Shown piece by piece: positions 1-12,540 of a DNA stretch of 64,000 nucleotides (position 1 is its first letter; the number at the start of each line of letters is the position of its first letter). The notes under the pieces were generated by a model. It was given only the letters and a program-made list of their open reading frames with translations. It ran no database searches and was not told the DNA's origin. The stretch covers positions 1-64,000 of the forward strand of contig SMSO01000036.1 of assembly GCA_004764695.1 (NCBI GenBank). Direction: 5' to 3'. The stretch is from Schizochytrium sp. TIO01 (Eukaryota > Protista > Bigyra: Labyrinthulomycetes). Made by a program: the position numbers and the translations under genes.

Positions 1-1211
1 TACGAGCAAGGTGACCTTGCCAAGTGGATTGAGAGTCATCCTAACGAAGGCAAAGCAGTGCGCGACCGACTTGCTATGGGCCTGCTTATCGGCGGTGGCG
101 GATTTGCATACCCATGGCATTGTGCATTGTGACATCAAACCAGAAAACATTTTTCTCACAAGCAACGGGACACCATTGATCGGCGACTTTGACGGCATCA
201 AGGTTGCAGACTACACTGCAACTTACACATCACTCCAGGCAACGCCACGGTACGTTGCCCCCGAGTTGCAGAATGGGCCTGTAGATAGGTTTGAAACAGC
301 GATGGACATGTACTCTGTGGGCATAAGCTTAAAGGAGCTGTATCCTACTGAGCGAACCGCTGCAATGCAGAAACTTATCGATGCTCTTACAGCAACAGAC
401 CCTGGCCAGCGTCCAACTGCTCACCAAGCACTCCAACATGAAGCTTTTGGAGCTCCTAAGATCCCTGTCAAGATATGTCTAGTATGCATGGAGGAGCATC
501 TGCTTTCCGAGGGCACGAGCTGCGAGGAGGGAGACTTCCTTTGCAAGGACTGTATCAAATCTGCAGTAGAAGCGGCGTCACAGCCACTTGCTAACGTAAA
601 GGTGGATGTTGATGGGAACGATGGGCATGCATGAAACCTGAAATGTGGGGGAAGAATATCAGGTCAAGAAATCACTCGTCTTGCACCAACAGCTTTGAAT
701 CATCTTTTGTTGATTCGAAGATGAAGGCAGAAAATGAAGCAGCAGTTTGGGCGGAAAGGAGATCCAAAGGCGCATAGCAGAAGTTTGCGTGCAGATGAAC
801 AGAATCGCGACGCACAACGGCATTTTACCTCCATATTCAAGAGAAGATCTTGAGCACATGTTGTCGAACTGTAAGGCATATGTACACGATTTTGCCGGTT
901 GCTGCGCTGTAAAGTGTGGTACTGATACTTGTGGTCATCACTTCTGCGCTTGGTGTCTTGAGTTTAGTTCTCAGAATTCACGAGCTTGTCATGCTCATGT
1001 GAGAACTTGCTTGAAAAAGCTTGGGCAAGATCCATTTTTTCCTGATTCATTTCAGCAGGTTCGTGAGGCGTGGCAGTTGCTCCGCGCTGAACGGCTGCGT
1101 GAGTACTGGAATGCACAAATTCAGGATAGAAATCTTCGACTCGTTCTGAGAGAGTTATTGTCACCTTTGCTAACACCAGATATCGTTGGCGCAAACTTTA
1201 GATTGGAATAA
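1..1211 (+). pseudogene. 5'-truncated Ser/Thr protein kinase fused to RING1 and Rcat (RING2)-type E3 ligase domains; broken by several 1-nt indels (pseudogene or consensus errors)
   Basis: Kinase motifs HCDIKPEN, DFD (for DFG), TPRYVAPE, DMYSVG and RPTA. RING1-like CLVC..C..LCKDC..CMKPEC. Across frames an Rcat-like HIQEKILSTCC(P)NCK..DFAGCCAVKC..CGHHFCAWCL..HAHVRTC. Frame changes near 88, 615-645, 715-760, 785 and 820-865, mostly at homopolymer runs. Confidence 0.75.
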
Positions 1212-4200
1212 ACTAATCGAATTTTAAATGATTATCTTTTGCTTAAGCGCCGTTGACTAGAATGCAAAAAAGCAACTGCTCTCTTCCAGATATTACCGAC
1301 GTCTGCCAACAGGATCAAAATTTATAATGTTTTTTTTGGCAAGGTTCTTGGTGAGGGGACGTACTAAAACTTAACATAAACTAAACATAATTTAGAACAG
1401 TGTAATTATTCATTAACATTTCACTGATGATATATATGCTTTCTTAACTTTATTTTCCAGTTTGAGGAGCATATTTACTTTATTATTAGATACGAATCCT
1501 TTCTTAGTTTTACTTTCTTGGTTCCTTCGATAATTCATTCAGCAACACCTCAAGGTATCAGAAGCTCTATGTTTAAGCCAAATCGTTGCAAAATAAACTC
1601 AAAAATACTCTTTTGATTTATCTCTCTTTGGCAGTTCTCAATAGTTCTCATTTCGGAAAGCAACTTTTTATTTATTTATTCATCAAAGCCAAAATGCAGT
1701 TCTTCTAACTGCACTGAAATCCTTAATGTGACAATTTCCTCTCAGTTTTCAATTTAAATTCTGCACACCAATCGCTACTCCACCCTAGCATCAGAGGGCC
1801 TGTAATACGCAACTTTTTATTGTACAGTCCTATCAAACATAGAATACCATGATATTACGGTTACGAGGTGCTGGGCGTTTCCAATTTACATAAGAACTCC
1901 ATCAAAGGCAGGAGCAAGAGTAGTATTACAGACACAGCCCTTTCTCCGTACATGTGATGACCTGGGTAATAGGAGATTAGCTCTGTCTTGGTCACTATTT
2001 ACTATTACACAATAATTTAATCGTAAAGATCAGACTCTGAACACAAGCCTTGGCACTCCAGACAACTTTTGAAAGCTAGAATGAAACCATTAGTTATTTA
2101 ATCCTCGAAACTCTTTGATCTTGATATGCCATGTATCCAGATTTACTATTCGAAGCATGGACTCTTCTCAAGAAAACCATTTAATTTCCACATCTTAAAC
2201 TCTCAGATCAAAGTTGACGCAACGAACCTTCAAAGACAAAACATTGCGTTTCTGGTCGGCTCTTTAAGTTGTTCTTCAAAGATTTTATAGAAGAGAGCAT
2301 TGCAATAACACGCAGAGTGATAAAGGAATCAGTTTACTCCATCAATCTGAGATTGCGAGACAATGACAGAATTGTGGATACCAGAGAAGCTACAAAGTAA
2401 ATGCACAATCGCTATAGGAGGAGGCTATTAAAAGATTATCTCTAAGCAGCCAGAGGTTGTATGGGAAGATGGAGGCATTTTTCAATGCTTCGGCGTACGC
2501 AGTTAGCGATTGCAAACCTTGGAGATGAACATTCAGCACCAAAAACTTTAAGAGTTTTGTGCATTCAAGGATTTACTGTCCTAGTAAATGATCAGCTACT
2601 GCTGCGTAAAGATATTTAACAGGTGGAACAGTTCATACCCTGAGTATGAGACTAAGACCGTTAAAACTCAGAGCTCAAGGGGTTAGGCTAGCTCGTTTGT
2701 TCAGAACAATTCTTTGGTTGTGTATTTCATATTCACTCATGTATTTCCTTGGTCTCACTCCTTCGTATTTGATATTCATATTCTTACAAGTCCTAGACTA
2801 CGAGGACTTATAATAGTGTGACAATGACTCTTCTCCACAGAGCTCTGATTGGTAATCTCAGCACAGATGATATAAATTTTGCTGCGCCCCATGAACTGCA
2901 TATTTTAATCTGGCTACTTGACTTAACAGAATCCCATATGATAAGCTTTATCAGTATTCCAACTACAATGATGAATTTAAAATTACTCCTCTACAGTATG
3001 CTTCATCTGTTGAAAGAAACTATTGGCTTTACATACTTATGCCTTATCGAAGTTTCACACCTATGTGTCGGACGGATCATCTCAAGGTGCCGAACACCGA
3101 ACACAAGACCAAAGCCCATAGACTTTGACAATGGGCCTTGTCAGCAGTTCCTGAATATTAATTCTAACTTTTCTTTTCCTTCATTTCTCTACCTACACTA
3201 TCTCTTGGTGATCGCCTCACGCTAACTTGCAATATACCTCTAAGAGGGAAACACACATATTTAAGCAACATGTGCTGAGAGTGTCAACGAAAGTGTTAAG
3301 CGGTTTACTTCTCCCACGAGATCTCTGTGATGGTGTCCCACTGAAGATTGTTTTGTTCTACAAACACACATTAAGGATTCTGTTCGAGTCAGTTTCAAAG
3401 CAGTTGAGACACATGTGAGTACACAGCCAAACAGAATGCGCACAACCGTGCTTGGCTAGTCTCTTCATTTGCTTTTATACGCACTTCTCGTTATAGTAAA
3501 CTTTGTAACCCGAGATATTATTTAACTCATTAGGAATAGTAGCGCCCAGTAACTTTCTTTCTTGTCTCCAGCTTGGGGAATTATCTCGTTGATGTTTCCT
3601 AGGAAATACACAAATGCAAGCTTAATCCTGAACGTAGAACATCTTGCATCTGTGAAAGGAAGAATCTTCAGAAGGAGAGAGTCGAACTATATCGGTGAGA
3701 TTCGGACACGCAAAGGAACATATTGAAGTGAACAAGTGTGACCTTTCCTTCTACCACAGAACGGCAAACCATGCAAGAAACAACAAGTACACCAGTTTCA
3801 ATTTTTTATTATTTTTTTTTTATTTTTTTTTTCTGACCTGCATTAACTCAATAATGCGGAACACCACAACTAAAGAACATTGTAAAGATTCATTTTTTTT
3901 CTAAATGTATTTATTTAAAACTGTGCAAACTAGACTAAAGCAACTACTTATAACCATTAACCTATGCAAGACAGCTTTAGAATTCTCAATCATGGCGGAT
4001 AATTTCGTGCTAGGGAAAGAAATATGAAGCATTTCTTGACTATGCACACGATTTGTAATATGCACAGAATAAATAATCGATTGCTCGAAATGCGTGTGTT
4101 TCAACTCAACCAGGGGGGTAGAGGACCTACAGCTTTACGAATCTCGTCGAATTGCCTTGTCATTTTGAGGCTTGCTTTGTGCCCTTCCCTCCCTCACCAC

Positions 4201-4456
4201 TATGTTGACTGACGCTTCAACCATGATCTGGTCATGAAGGTGTTCCTTTGAGCCATGCGAAGTCATGGCGTCAGTTTTCCTTCTCACAAACTTTACTGTT
4301 GCTCGGCATCAGCTTGTATTTCAACAAAGGCAAATAAAGCACTCTGTAACAGAAAGCCTGCAAGGAGGCTTTTGTCTTCATGGCAGGCCAGAGAGACTCG
4401 AAGGAAAGCTACTTTCTGCGTTGTTACTTTTTATAGAATGAAATAGAGGTCTGGAG

Positions 4457-4463
4457 TATAAAT
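4457..4463 (+). promoter_or_regulatory. TATA-like element about 30 nt upstream of the 5S rRNA gene
   Basis: TATAAAT begins 30 nt before the 5S start at 4487, a typical position for Pol III upstream TATA elements. Confidence 0.5.
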
Positions 4464-4486
4464 GCTAGAGTTCGACTTATCAGTTC

Positions 4487-4605
4487 ACATTCGATCATAC
4501 CACGCGGGTAACACCTCATCTCATTCGCACTGAGAAGTAAAGTCGCGTAGGGCCGGGTCAGTAGTATGATAGGGGACTGCATGCGAAGCCCCGGTGTTGA
4601 ATGTT
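4487..4605 (+). rRNA. 5S ribosomal RNA
   Basis: 119 nt. ACATTCGAT pairs with GTTGAATGT (helix I). Conserved 5S blocks CATACCAC, GAAGTAAAG, GGGCCGGGTCAGTA and GCGAA..CCGGTG. Followed by a T5 run. Confidence 0.92.
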
Positions 4606-4606
4606 C

Positions 4607-4611
4607 TTTTT
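4607..4611 (+). terminator. Pol III terminator (T5) of 5S gene
   Basis: TTTTT directly after the 5S 3' end, with a further T run at ~4616-4622. Confidence 0.7.
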
Positions 4612-5483
4612 GCAATTTTTTCCCAAACCACTCATTTTTGGTACTTTGATATGAATCGCTAATAATTGAGCAATGATATCAGTTCTCCACACAAAGCGGG
4701 GTTAATCTGTTCATTTTTGACATACGTACTGGTGACGTTGGCTTACTATCAACATTCCCAAATTAAAAAAATTGATAGGGAATCTGAAAATTGATGTATC
4801 CTATTTTTTGCAATGCATTAAAAGTTAGGCACAAAGAGATAAAGAATCGAAATTACTTTGCATCAATCGGTGATCTACTTAGGAAAGCCATGGTCAGTAA
4901 CTGCATTCTCTGGAAAGTACGCTTGCAGAAACAAATGAAAGGAACAAATTTAAGATCTCGGTAGAATAAATAGAGGTTCCACAGAAAAGGTCGTACTTGC
5001 TTTTCAAATATCATTCTCGTCGCCGCAATCAATCGAGATATATGTTTATTTGATACTCCATTCGCTTGCCCGAGGCTGCACTTTTTCTCTTCTCCCTTTG
5101 CCTGGGTGACAAGCTTAAGGCAACAGCACAAAAGTCGTATATATTAAAGATACCCTTCAGCAGCAGATTTGAGGAAATAAAATTTTCAGTAGCTTCCCTG
5201 AAGACAGCCGTGTTTAATTTACTATTTTTCGAAACAAAGTCAGGTACCAAGAATTTTGATTTCAATGATCCAGCGACCTGAATTGATCTAGATTTTTAGA
5301 GGAGAAACTTTGGCCATCTGGTGATGTACGACGTTTTATTTTTCGTTTTTCCTAAACTAAGTTGGTATTGGTACTTCGGCAGATACCTACTACAAGGAAC
5401 ATATTCATTAGACCAATAAACCAAAGCCATAACTTAGCTAGCATAAAATTCAACAGAACGTTGTTATTGTTGCAACAGTATAA

Positions 5484-5669
5484 TTCCAATGTACAGTTGA
5501 CTGCTTTTCGTGCACAGCTCAGTGCGAACAACAATACGGGAAAATGGCATCTACATGTGGACCAATTAAATGCACTGCGAAGTTCATGGCCACTTTTAAC
5601 ATTTGCAATGGTCACCGCGGTAATTGCTTATGTCGTAAAAGGTTCTACACTGTAGAGGAACCATATTAA
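5484..5669 (+). pseudogene. Cysteine-rich small-protein remnant (61 aa, 9 Cys), no start codon at its 5' end
   Basis: Frame reads FQCTVDCFSCTAQCEQQYGKMASTCGPIKCTAKFMATFNICNGHRGNCLCRKRFYTVEEPY*. The same frame upstream is interrupted by TAG/TAA stops. Confidence 0.25.
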
Positions 5670-8483
5670 AAAAATCTTTTATTCAAAAAGTCTCGCAATG
5701 CTATTGTCCTGGCCAAAATGTGCAGATCACTTTGAATATTTTTGCGACCCGTGAAGTCGCTCGTGTTTATGAATAATTGTTCATTACTCTAGTCAGCGGC
5801 GAATTTTACAAAAACATACCAACGAGCAAAATAGCCGCATAGTGAGAATGACCAGGCTTATGACCCAGCATTGATTTCTTTCTCCAGAGGCCATGGTTTA
5901 GGCTTGGTGGCAGACCTCCTTTCAGGTGGACAGCTGATTCTCCAACAAGACCTCACTTGTTTCACAGACCTTTCTGAGGCATAAAAAACACCTTCTATAA
6001 TTGAGAAACAAAGGTTCTCACTTAACTCTGTGCTCGCTGGCGGAGACAGAGACCCATCTTGCCAAAGCAGCGGTGCTGGCAGGAGCTCGAGCTTCGTCCA
6101 AGTCTCGCAGAGCCAAGGTTGATGTGATCTCATCTCACAGCTTCGTTCGTTTGGAGGCAAAGCAGAAGGAACCGGAAGCAACCTACAAGCGCAGGTAGTC
6201 AACCCAGCATCTTTGCTAAGGCCAAGCGAACCACCCACTATGCTCTACCTGCTCACGGCCGGGGCGCCTAGAGCAGTCCTCTATGATTTGATTCAAGTTC
6301 TGATGCTTTTCCTTTTGATCTTCCCGCACTTTATTATAGAAATGAAAATACAGACTAGAGTTTAATCTATCTAGAACTTTATTTGAAGAATTATCTAACT
6401 AGGACTAACAGAACCTTAGCGTATAAATTAGAACTTGCAATTCTACTGTTGAGAACAATGATTGCCCAGCAACAACTTTACCTACACTACCGTCAAAGCA
6501 AGATATTGCATGTTTTGACCGCACAGCATCTTCTACTGAACTGGAGAGAGAGTTTCTTCTTTCCTTTCGAATCTGTACGATGACTGCAAATTTTGAAGTA
6601 TTTTGAAGCATATCAATTGTGACGAATGAGTGCCTGCGATTCCTTCACTGGGCCTTTGCACAGAGCTTTCTCCCAAGCACATTACTGTCAAAGATTAAGT
6701 TGCAAATCGTTCGATAGCTGTTTCTTTATATTTTAGGGGGTGCTCTCACGAAATGCGTTTTTGAAATAAGAAATCCATTATGAGTTCCTCTTTGCGGCAT
6801 CTCCAAATTAACAAATGACCTTTCTTAACCATGAAAGGGACTAGTCACAAGATAAGTGGTAGTTCTCAATTTGTGATTCTTTGTGCAATTCCTTATTGCA
6901 CTGTTTTCCCTTCAAATCAGGTTTTCTATGTTGATGCTATCGAAGTAATTTGATGTGCAGGCACGAAGCGTACTTACCACACATTTGACTAGTATTTCCG
7001 GTTCCCAAAGGACTTGCTTCGAAAAAGCTGCAACATATCGTATTTCGAACGTCCGTGAATCTATTTAGAAATATTTTGTGGTGTTCTGTCGTTTGCACCA
7101 AGCTCCATGATATCGTTTTTAATAAATATTCTAATGCATACAGGCATGCTGTTAAGTTCAGTTATTACACTGGAAAGCATTCGTATATAATACATGATTG
7201 TTGATTCAGAGTCTTATGGAAATTTGTATCACTTGCCTTCATCGAACGTACAATACTTGAGAGAATTTTAACCTGAGTTTGCCTCCAACAAAAACAACCT
7301 TTTTTAAAACTTTTTAAACAAGACTCAGCAAAACGAAAGCTTGACTTTGTTGCGGCTGCTCAAAACATTCGCGAAATGGCCCCAATAATGTTTTTTGATA
7401 GATGAGGTCATACAAAAGGTCTACTCTCTAAGGAAGCACAATTTTGATAATTTCTTTGTTCGACAGAGCCCTTCCGTCGAACAAATCTACATCATCACCA
7501 CACTGCAGAGTGCTCTGAGCATGAAAGTTTAAAGACAAACGTGATTCCTAGAAAGCCATGCTGCAGTAAACAACGTTGGACAGCTTTATGACCAATTTGA
7601 AAATGCTTAACGAGCTAAAAACATTGGTTTCGGAAAGTTCACACACTAAGGATTCATTTGGATTGAGCTTCTAAACAGCAAGTCGGCTTGTCACCTGTCT
7701 AAGCAGTGGCGCCTATACTATTGTGCAACCCTTGATCTGAAGATGCTCTATTCTGTGCAGCAGCAAACTAGTTAAGACTCGTTAAGTCTCTCGAAGATCT
7801 CAGTCAGGCTACATCAATAATTTCTGTCAATTTAAAAATTTGCAAATACTTTTACTCCTTTTAACTTTTAAAGATTAAAAACAAAAATGTATTAGCACAG
7901 AATATAAAAACAAAATTGTTCTGTTTTAATTAAACTTTTACTTTTGGTTTAAAATATTTAACTTTTCAAATTAAAAAGTTTAATTTAATATTAAACAATG
8001 AGTTTTTGGTGTTTTTGTTTGTTTTTACAAAGACAGATCGTACCTTGTACAATTTTAAAACTGGATCCATTCCATGCTTATCAGTACTCTTGTTGATAGA
8101 GAAAAGTAAAACATCTCTTGTAGATTGGTTTAGTGGTAAAGACATGTTTTACATATCTATAAGGAGTTAAATTATTATAGCAAGTGGGACGAAGTTACAG
8201 AGGCTGGAAGATCTCACACAGTGAATGCGAACGTTTGCGAATATATTTCAGTCTTTCACGAAAAGCGAATGCACATTATCTTGCTCTTTCAAGAATCATA
8301 TAAAAGGACCACTGAGGGACGGTGCTTCATTTAATTCCAGCAATAAATCTAGACTATCTGAATGTTCATTTACTTTTCAAGCTTGAAGCAAAACAATAAT
8401 ATAATCGATCAAACGCTAGTGGACGTTTTTGTTATTGTACATAACGTATTACTATGCTCAAAATAAACTAAACGAAGCATTCA

Positions 8484-9255
8484 TTATGCATTAGTAACAC
8501 CTTGTGTACAATTTGTGATGTAATTGTTGATCGTGTAGTTAATGACCGTAGGATGAGAACAAGCAATCCACGCGAATACGGTGTCTTCATGCCGAGAGGT
8601 ACCTTGAAGAATACATTGCAGGAGAAGATATGTCTTTGACGTTGAAACGTGTTGCAATGAATACTCTCGATGGGATACGGCATCCTGATATGCTTCACCA
8701 ATTCATTTTGCTATTAATAGAATGATTAGTGTTGGAAAGCACTTTAAATAATAATAGAAATTCATAAAAATTAAAACAAAGACATTTATTCAAATAAGTT
8801 TTTTAATTTAATATAAACTATTAATATTTATTTAGTTTGTCTTTATTTATTTATTCAAATAAATTCTTTTTAAAAGTATCGTTATTATCGAAGAGTATAT
8901 TGACAATGTGGTGCTGCATAAAGCGTCGCATCCAATTATACAATACACAGTAACCATTGGGCATAGTGCGGCCAACAAATCTGAGAGGCCATTTCGATAC
9001 TAACGCTTCTAATTTAGATCGCAAAGGTTCTAGCCTCATGAGTATCTTCATGTTTCAATTGTTCAAAGCAGCATGAATTCCTTTCTACTACACACCTTCA
9101 TCACAATCGCTGCTCCACATATTGTCGTAACAGATATCTTGGGATACCTGACATTCCAGTAGACTTGGGGTAAGGTCAACTTCACCATATTGGGTATCTT
9201 CCTTTTTGTCCTGGCCCTCTAGGATATTTCCAAACAAGTTGTCCAATGAATGCAT
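8484..9255 (-). pseudogene. Decayed SINA/RING-like ubiquitin ligase remnant
   Basis: In-frame pieces LLECQVSQDICYDN and RSKLEALVSKWPLR..PNG separated by stops resemble the SINA RING and zinc-finger region. A downstream piece reads YLLLQC..VFAWIACS. Weak. Confidence 0.25.
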
Positions 9256-10249
9256 TCGCCTCATATTCCATATCATCAAGAAAAACCAGAGAAAACTTTC
9301 AATCCCCTCAAGCCTAAAATTTATTTTACTTTTCACTTAAAAGAAAGGTTGAAAGGACTTTCCTTTTTAATTGAAAATCTTTTTACAGATAAAATATTTC
9401 CTCTTACCGTCCACGCTATCGTGCAACAAGGAAATCACACACCTACCTAAGAGGAAGCCTCGCCGGCAAGCATACCCAAACCTCTGACTACTCACGGCCA
9501 CCCGAGTCTCGCCGAGCTCACCCAGCAAGGCTTCTTTAGTCTCCACTATAGCTAAACTAACTCACTCATCAGCTTAGTTTTCTCAAAGTTCAAAGAGTTG
9601 CGGCTGCGCTCCACGCACGCATCCTCTTCGTTCACCTTTCCGCAGGCTAGCCTATCCTCCTACGGATACCTTTTCCCCGCGATTGCCTCTCAATCGACCA
9701 GGGGTCTCGTCCATTTCAACAATTTTACATATTTGTAATGACCAATTTATGAATGTACGAATCGTTTTATTCGGACTCCGCTCTTCGGTTTAAAAAAAAG
9801 ATCCATCACATTCTTTCAATTTTCAGTTTTTGTTTTTAACACTTTCATTTTCTAAAACTAAGTTTACTTTTTTTTTTCTTTAAACAAAAAACAAAAACTT
9901 TTAGAATTCTATTATAATATATATATTAATTTACAGGAAAAGGGGGTATTAAATAAACCTTTAAGTGAAAAACTTTATTATATTTTAAAATAACTCTCAA
10001 TCAATCATTGCGCAGTGGCTCGCTTCTTTACGCCCACGTACCTTGTGGACGAAAAAGAGTCATTAGCTAAAACGGGCTTCAAGCTTTTCATCCTTGTGCA
10101 AATTATTTATGCAAATATGTAAATTTAATAGTCTTTTAAGTGACGGTCAGCTTTATTCTTTCGTGCAATAAAGTTCCCGAGGGTCAGGATAGGGCGTGAG
10201 GAAAACATATTTTTGACAGCAGCAAGTCTCACTTTCAACTTAGCAAGTT

Positions 10250-10323
10250 GTCTCCGTGGCCAAGTTGGATAAGGTGCCTGACTACGAATCAGGAGATCGT
10301 GGGTTCAAGTCCTGCCGGAGATT
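10250..10323 (+). tRNA. tRNA-Arg(ACG)
   Basis: Acceptor GTCTCCG/CGGAGAT, D arm GCC..GGT, anticodon arm CCTGA-CTACGAA-TCAGG, T loop TTCAAGT. T-rich terminator ~20 nt downstream. Confidence 0.92.
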
Positions 10324-11088
10324 CTGGAACCCAAAGTGTATTTCTTTTTGTTTTAGGGAAAGTAACTGTGGGATCAGATGCTTTACCTGCGTTTCAGTCT
10401 TGCCAAAGCAAAGCCACGGAAACTCGTACAGAAAGTAGACAAATTCCTGTTTATATCCTTCTGACATTTGTTTTCAAGCTTATCGATTCTCGATGTTCTC
10501 TTAAAAGCCTATGGTTTTAAACAGCACAGCATTACTTTTACTGCAAATCATCAAGGCTTTACTTTGAAACTGTGTATACTCAAATGTATACCTTTACGTT
10601 AGTCTAATTCAGACATCTGAGGATAAACAGAACCGATGATTTAAATTGTAGAAATCAAAATCATAGCATCATTATGATAAAATTGACGAGCCTTCATCAA
10701 GTGCCAAGAAAAGAACTGCCAAAGAAAGTTTAGCTTAATCAGCGATGCCTTGCACAAGTGTAGATCAAACCGGAGATACTTGTATAGTACATAGAATTCC
10801 AAATCCCAACGTAATCAGCCAGACTGTAGAGTGCCTTCCCGAATACTGTCTCCTCTTCTTTGGTTTGCAAGCTAGCAAGCATTGAAGAATAGCTTTTGCA
10901 TTTTTCAAACATTCATTAAAAACACTCGATACATCATCATTTGTCAGTATGAAAAAGAATCCTTTAAAAGGGAACTAACCTTTCATTTCTTGAGCTTGTA
11001 CATTCAGTAAAACACACCGTAAGATATGGATGGTATCAGTATGAAAAGAAACCAACAAAAATATTCAGTTTCCTAGTCTTGAAGTGAG

Positions 11089-11145
11089 TGCCTTCGCGCG
11101 GAATCCAACCACGGTCGTCACGGCCACAACGTGACGTTCTACCAT
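11089..11145 (-). pseudogene. 5'-truncated tRNA-His(GTG) pseudogene
   Basis: Minus strand TGGTAGAAC-G-TCACG-TTGTGGC-CGTGA-CGAC-CGTGG-TTGGATT-CCGCG-CGAAGGC-A. The T loop has TTG instead of TTC. The 5' acceptor strand and D-stem 5' half are missing. Confidence 0.75.
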
Positions 11146-11179
11146 CGTGCTAAAGTAAAGTCAAGCTTACTTTAGCACG
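11146..11179. repeat. Perfect 13-bp inverted repeat with 8-nt spacer at the tRNA-His breakpoint
   Basis: CGTGCTAAAGTAA-agtcaagc-TTACTTTAGCACG. Confidence 0.85.
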
Positions 11180-12054
11180 GTCAAGTCAAAGCACATTTTG
11201 TATTCCTCATCCACTGCTCAAAGTCATTTAGCTTCGAAAAGTATATCTTCATGTTGGATTGGGTAATTCATTTAGCGACCTTTACCAGGTTGACAAATGT
11301 ATCAATCAACTCCAAACTCAAAATTGTGAGAAAGACTAGATCAGCTATATCCAAAAGGTAAATCGGCAAGCGAGGAAATTACCTCTCGAATGCTTTCAAG
11401 TTCGGAAAGAAGCAGGAAGCGAAAATGAAGTGACAAGCATTTATAAAATATCGAACATTTCGGTTTGTCGTGGCCCACACTATTTTCGATTGATCCTTTA
11501 ATTGACGGAGACTTCGTAAATAATTTCTCCATCTGCATTCAAAGCAGCACTATATGTTTTAGGGATACTGGTTTTATTGTCGATGTTGTTTGTCGTTCTT
11601 CTTTCTTTTTACAAAAGAAGAGCACTGTTGATTTATAGCTTCTACAATTCGTTGTATAGAAGCTATCAAAATACTTAAATTACCTTCAAAGAGCTGAAGC
11701 TCTCAACTTTGGAGGGAACTTACTTCTTCAGAAAATATAGGGTAGTATCATAAACGGGTACAAAAACAAATGTGGTATTTGCGAATGCAGGATCTTCTGG
11801 TTTTCACTCGTTCCCTTCAAATGCAGTCAATTCTATAGTTCAACAATTCTCTACAATGTTTCAAATCAGTCGATTCTCCGTTTATTTCACCCAGCAGATT
11901 TCGGAAGAAAGCCTAAATCTGCAAGGAATAGTATCTGTTTTTTATTTAAAGATAGAAACATAAGCAAAACAAAAAACACTAGGAACCGAAACAAAAAAAA
12001 TGCACGACACTTATTTTGAATCTATGTGGAATCCAAATTGAAGCAAAGCTACGT

Positions 12055-12170
12055 CGTTGCGGCTGGGATTCGAACCCAGGCGTTCGGAGAACAATGGATC
12101 AAGGCATGTTGTACTTAACATTTGTGAGCCACATAGCAGTCCACCACCTTAACCACTCGGTCACCGCAAC
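12055..12170 (-). tRNA. tRNA-Ser(GCT) with canonical 34-nt intron (12100-12133)
   Basis: Acceptor GTTGCGG/CCGCAAC with G discriminator. Anticodon arm GTGGA-CTGCTA[intron]A-TCCAT. Long variable arm. CTGGG-TTCGAAT-CCCAG T arm. Confidence 0.93.
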
Positions 12171-12470
12171 ACTTCCTAATTGAAATCGACAACAACCGTT
12201 TATACATCAATGAGCCTACCTTTCAAACAAGAATACGCCATGCACTTTAATAATTTTCACAATACTTGTATCAAAGGAGTAAAGCAAAATCCTTCATAAT
12301 CTGTTTGTTTCTTTTAATTAGACAACCTTTCATGTTACCTTTTAAAAAAATTCCTGTTTCAAAGATTAGACTGAGAGTTTATCTTTTCACTCATGTTGAA
12401 AGTTTCGAAATTTTATAGCTATTGCCGGGGATCGCTCTAAGAAAGTACTTCAAAAACCATTCCTCTGACA

Positions 12471-12540
12471 AATAAAAAAAGGAGCTTCACCAGTTTCTCG
12501 CTTACTCTGTGTAGAGTATAGCAAAAACTAATGAAACTCC
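12471..12540 (-). terminator. Long hairpin plus U-run in the rDNA 3' ETS (candidate processing or Pol I termination signal)
   Basis: Minus strand GGAGTTTCATTAGTTTTTGCT..TACTCT-ACAC-AGAGTA..AGCGAGAAACTGGTGAAGCTCC pairs with several G-U wobbles, then TTTTTTTATT, ~335 nt past the 28S end. Confidence 0.45.

Noticed and set aside
7455-7485. Perfect 10-bp inverted repeat TTTGTTCGAC/GTCGAACAAA
   Set aside because: It is isolated, with no target-site duplication or second copy seen, so there is too little to call an element.
7850-9995. AT-rich imperfect palindromic blocks as MITEs
   Set aside because: Low complexity explains the pairing. No clear termini or shared family sequence.
11146-11194. Functional tRNA-His with an ectopic D-loop intron
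   Set aside because: Removing the hairpin does not restore the acceptor or D stems (GCTTTGA vs CGAAGGC), and the T loop is mutated.
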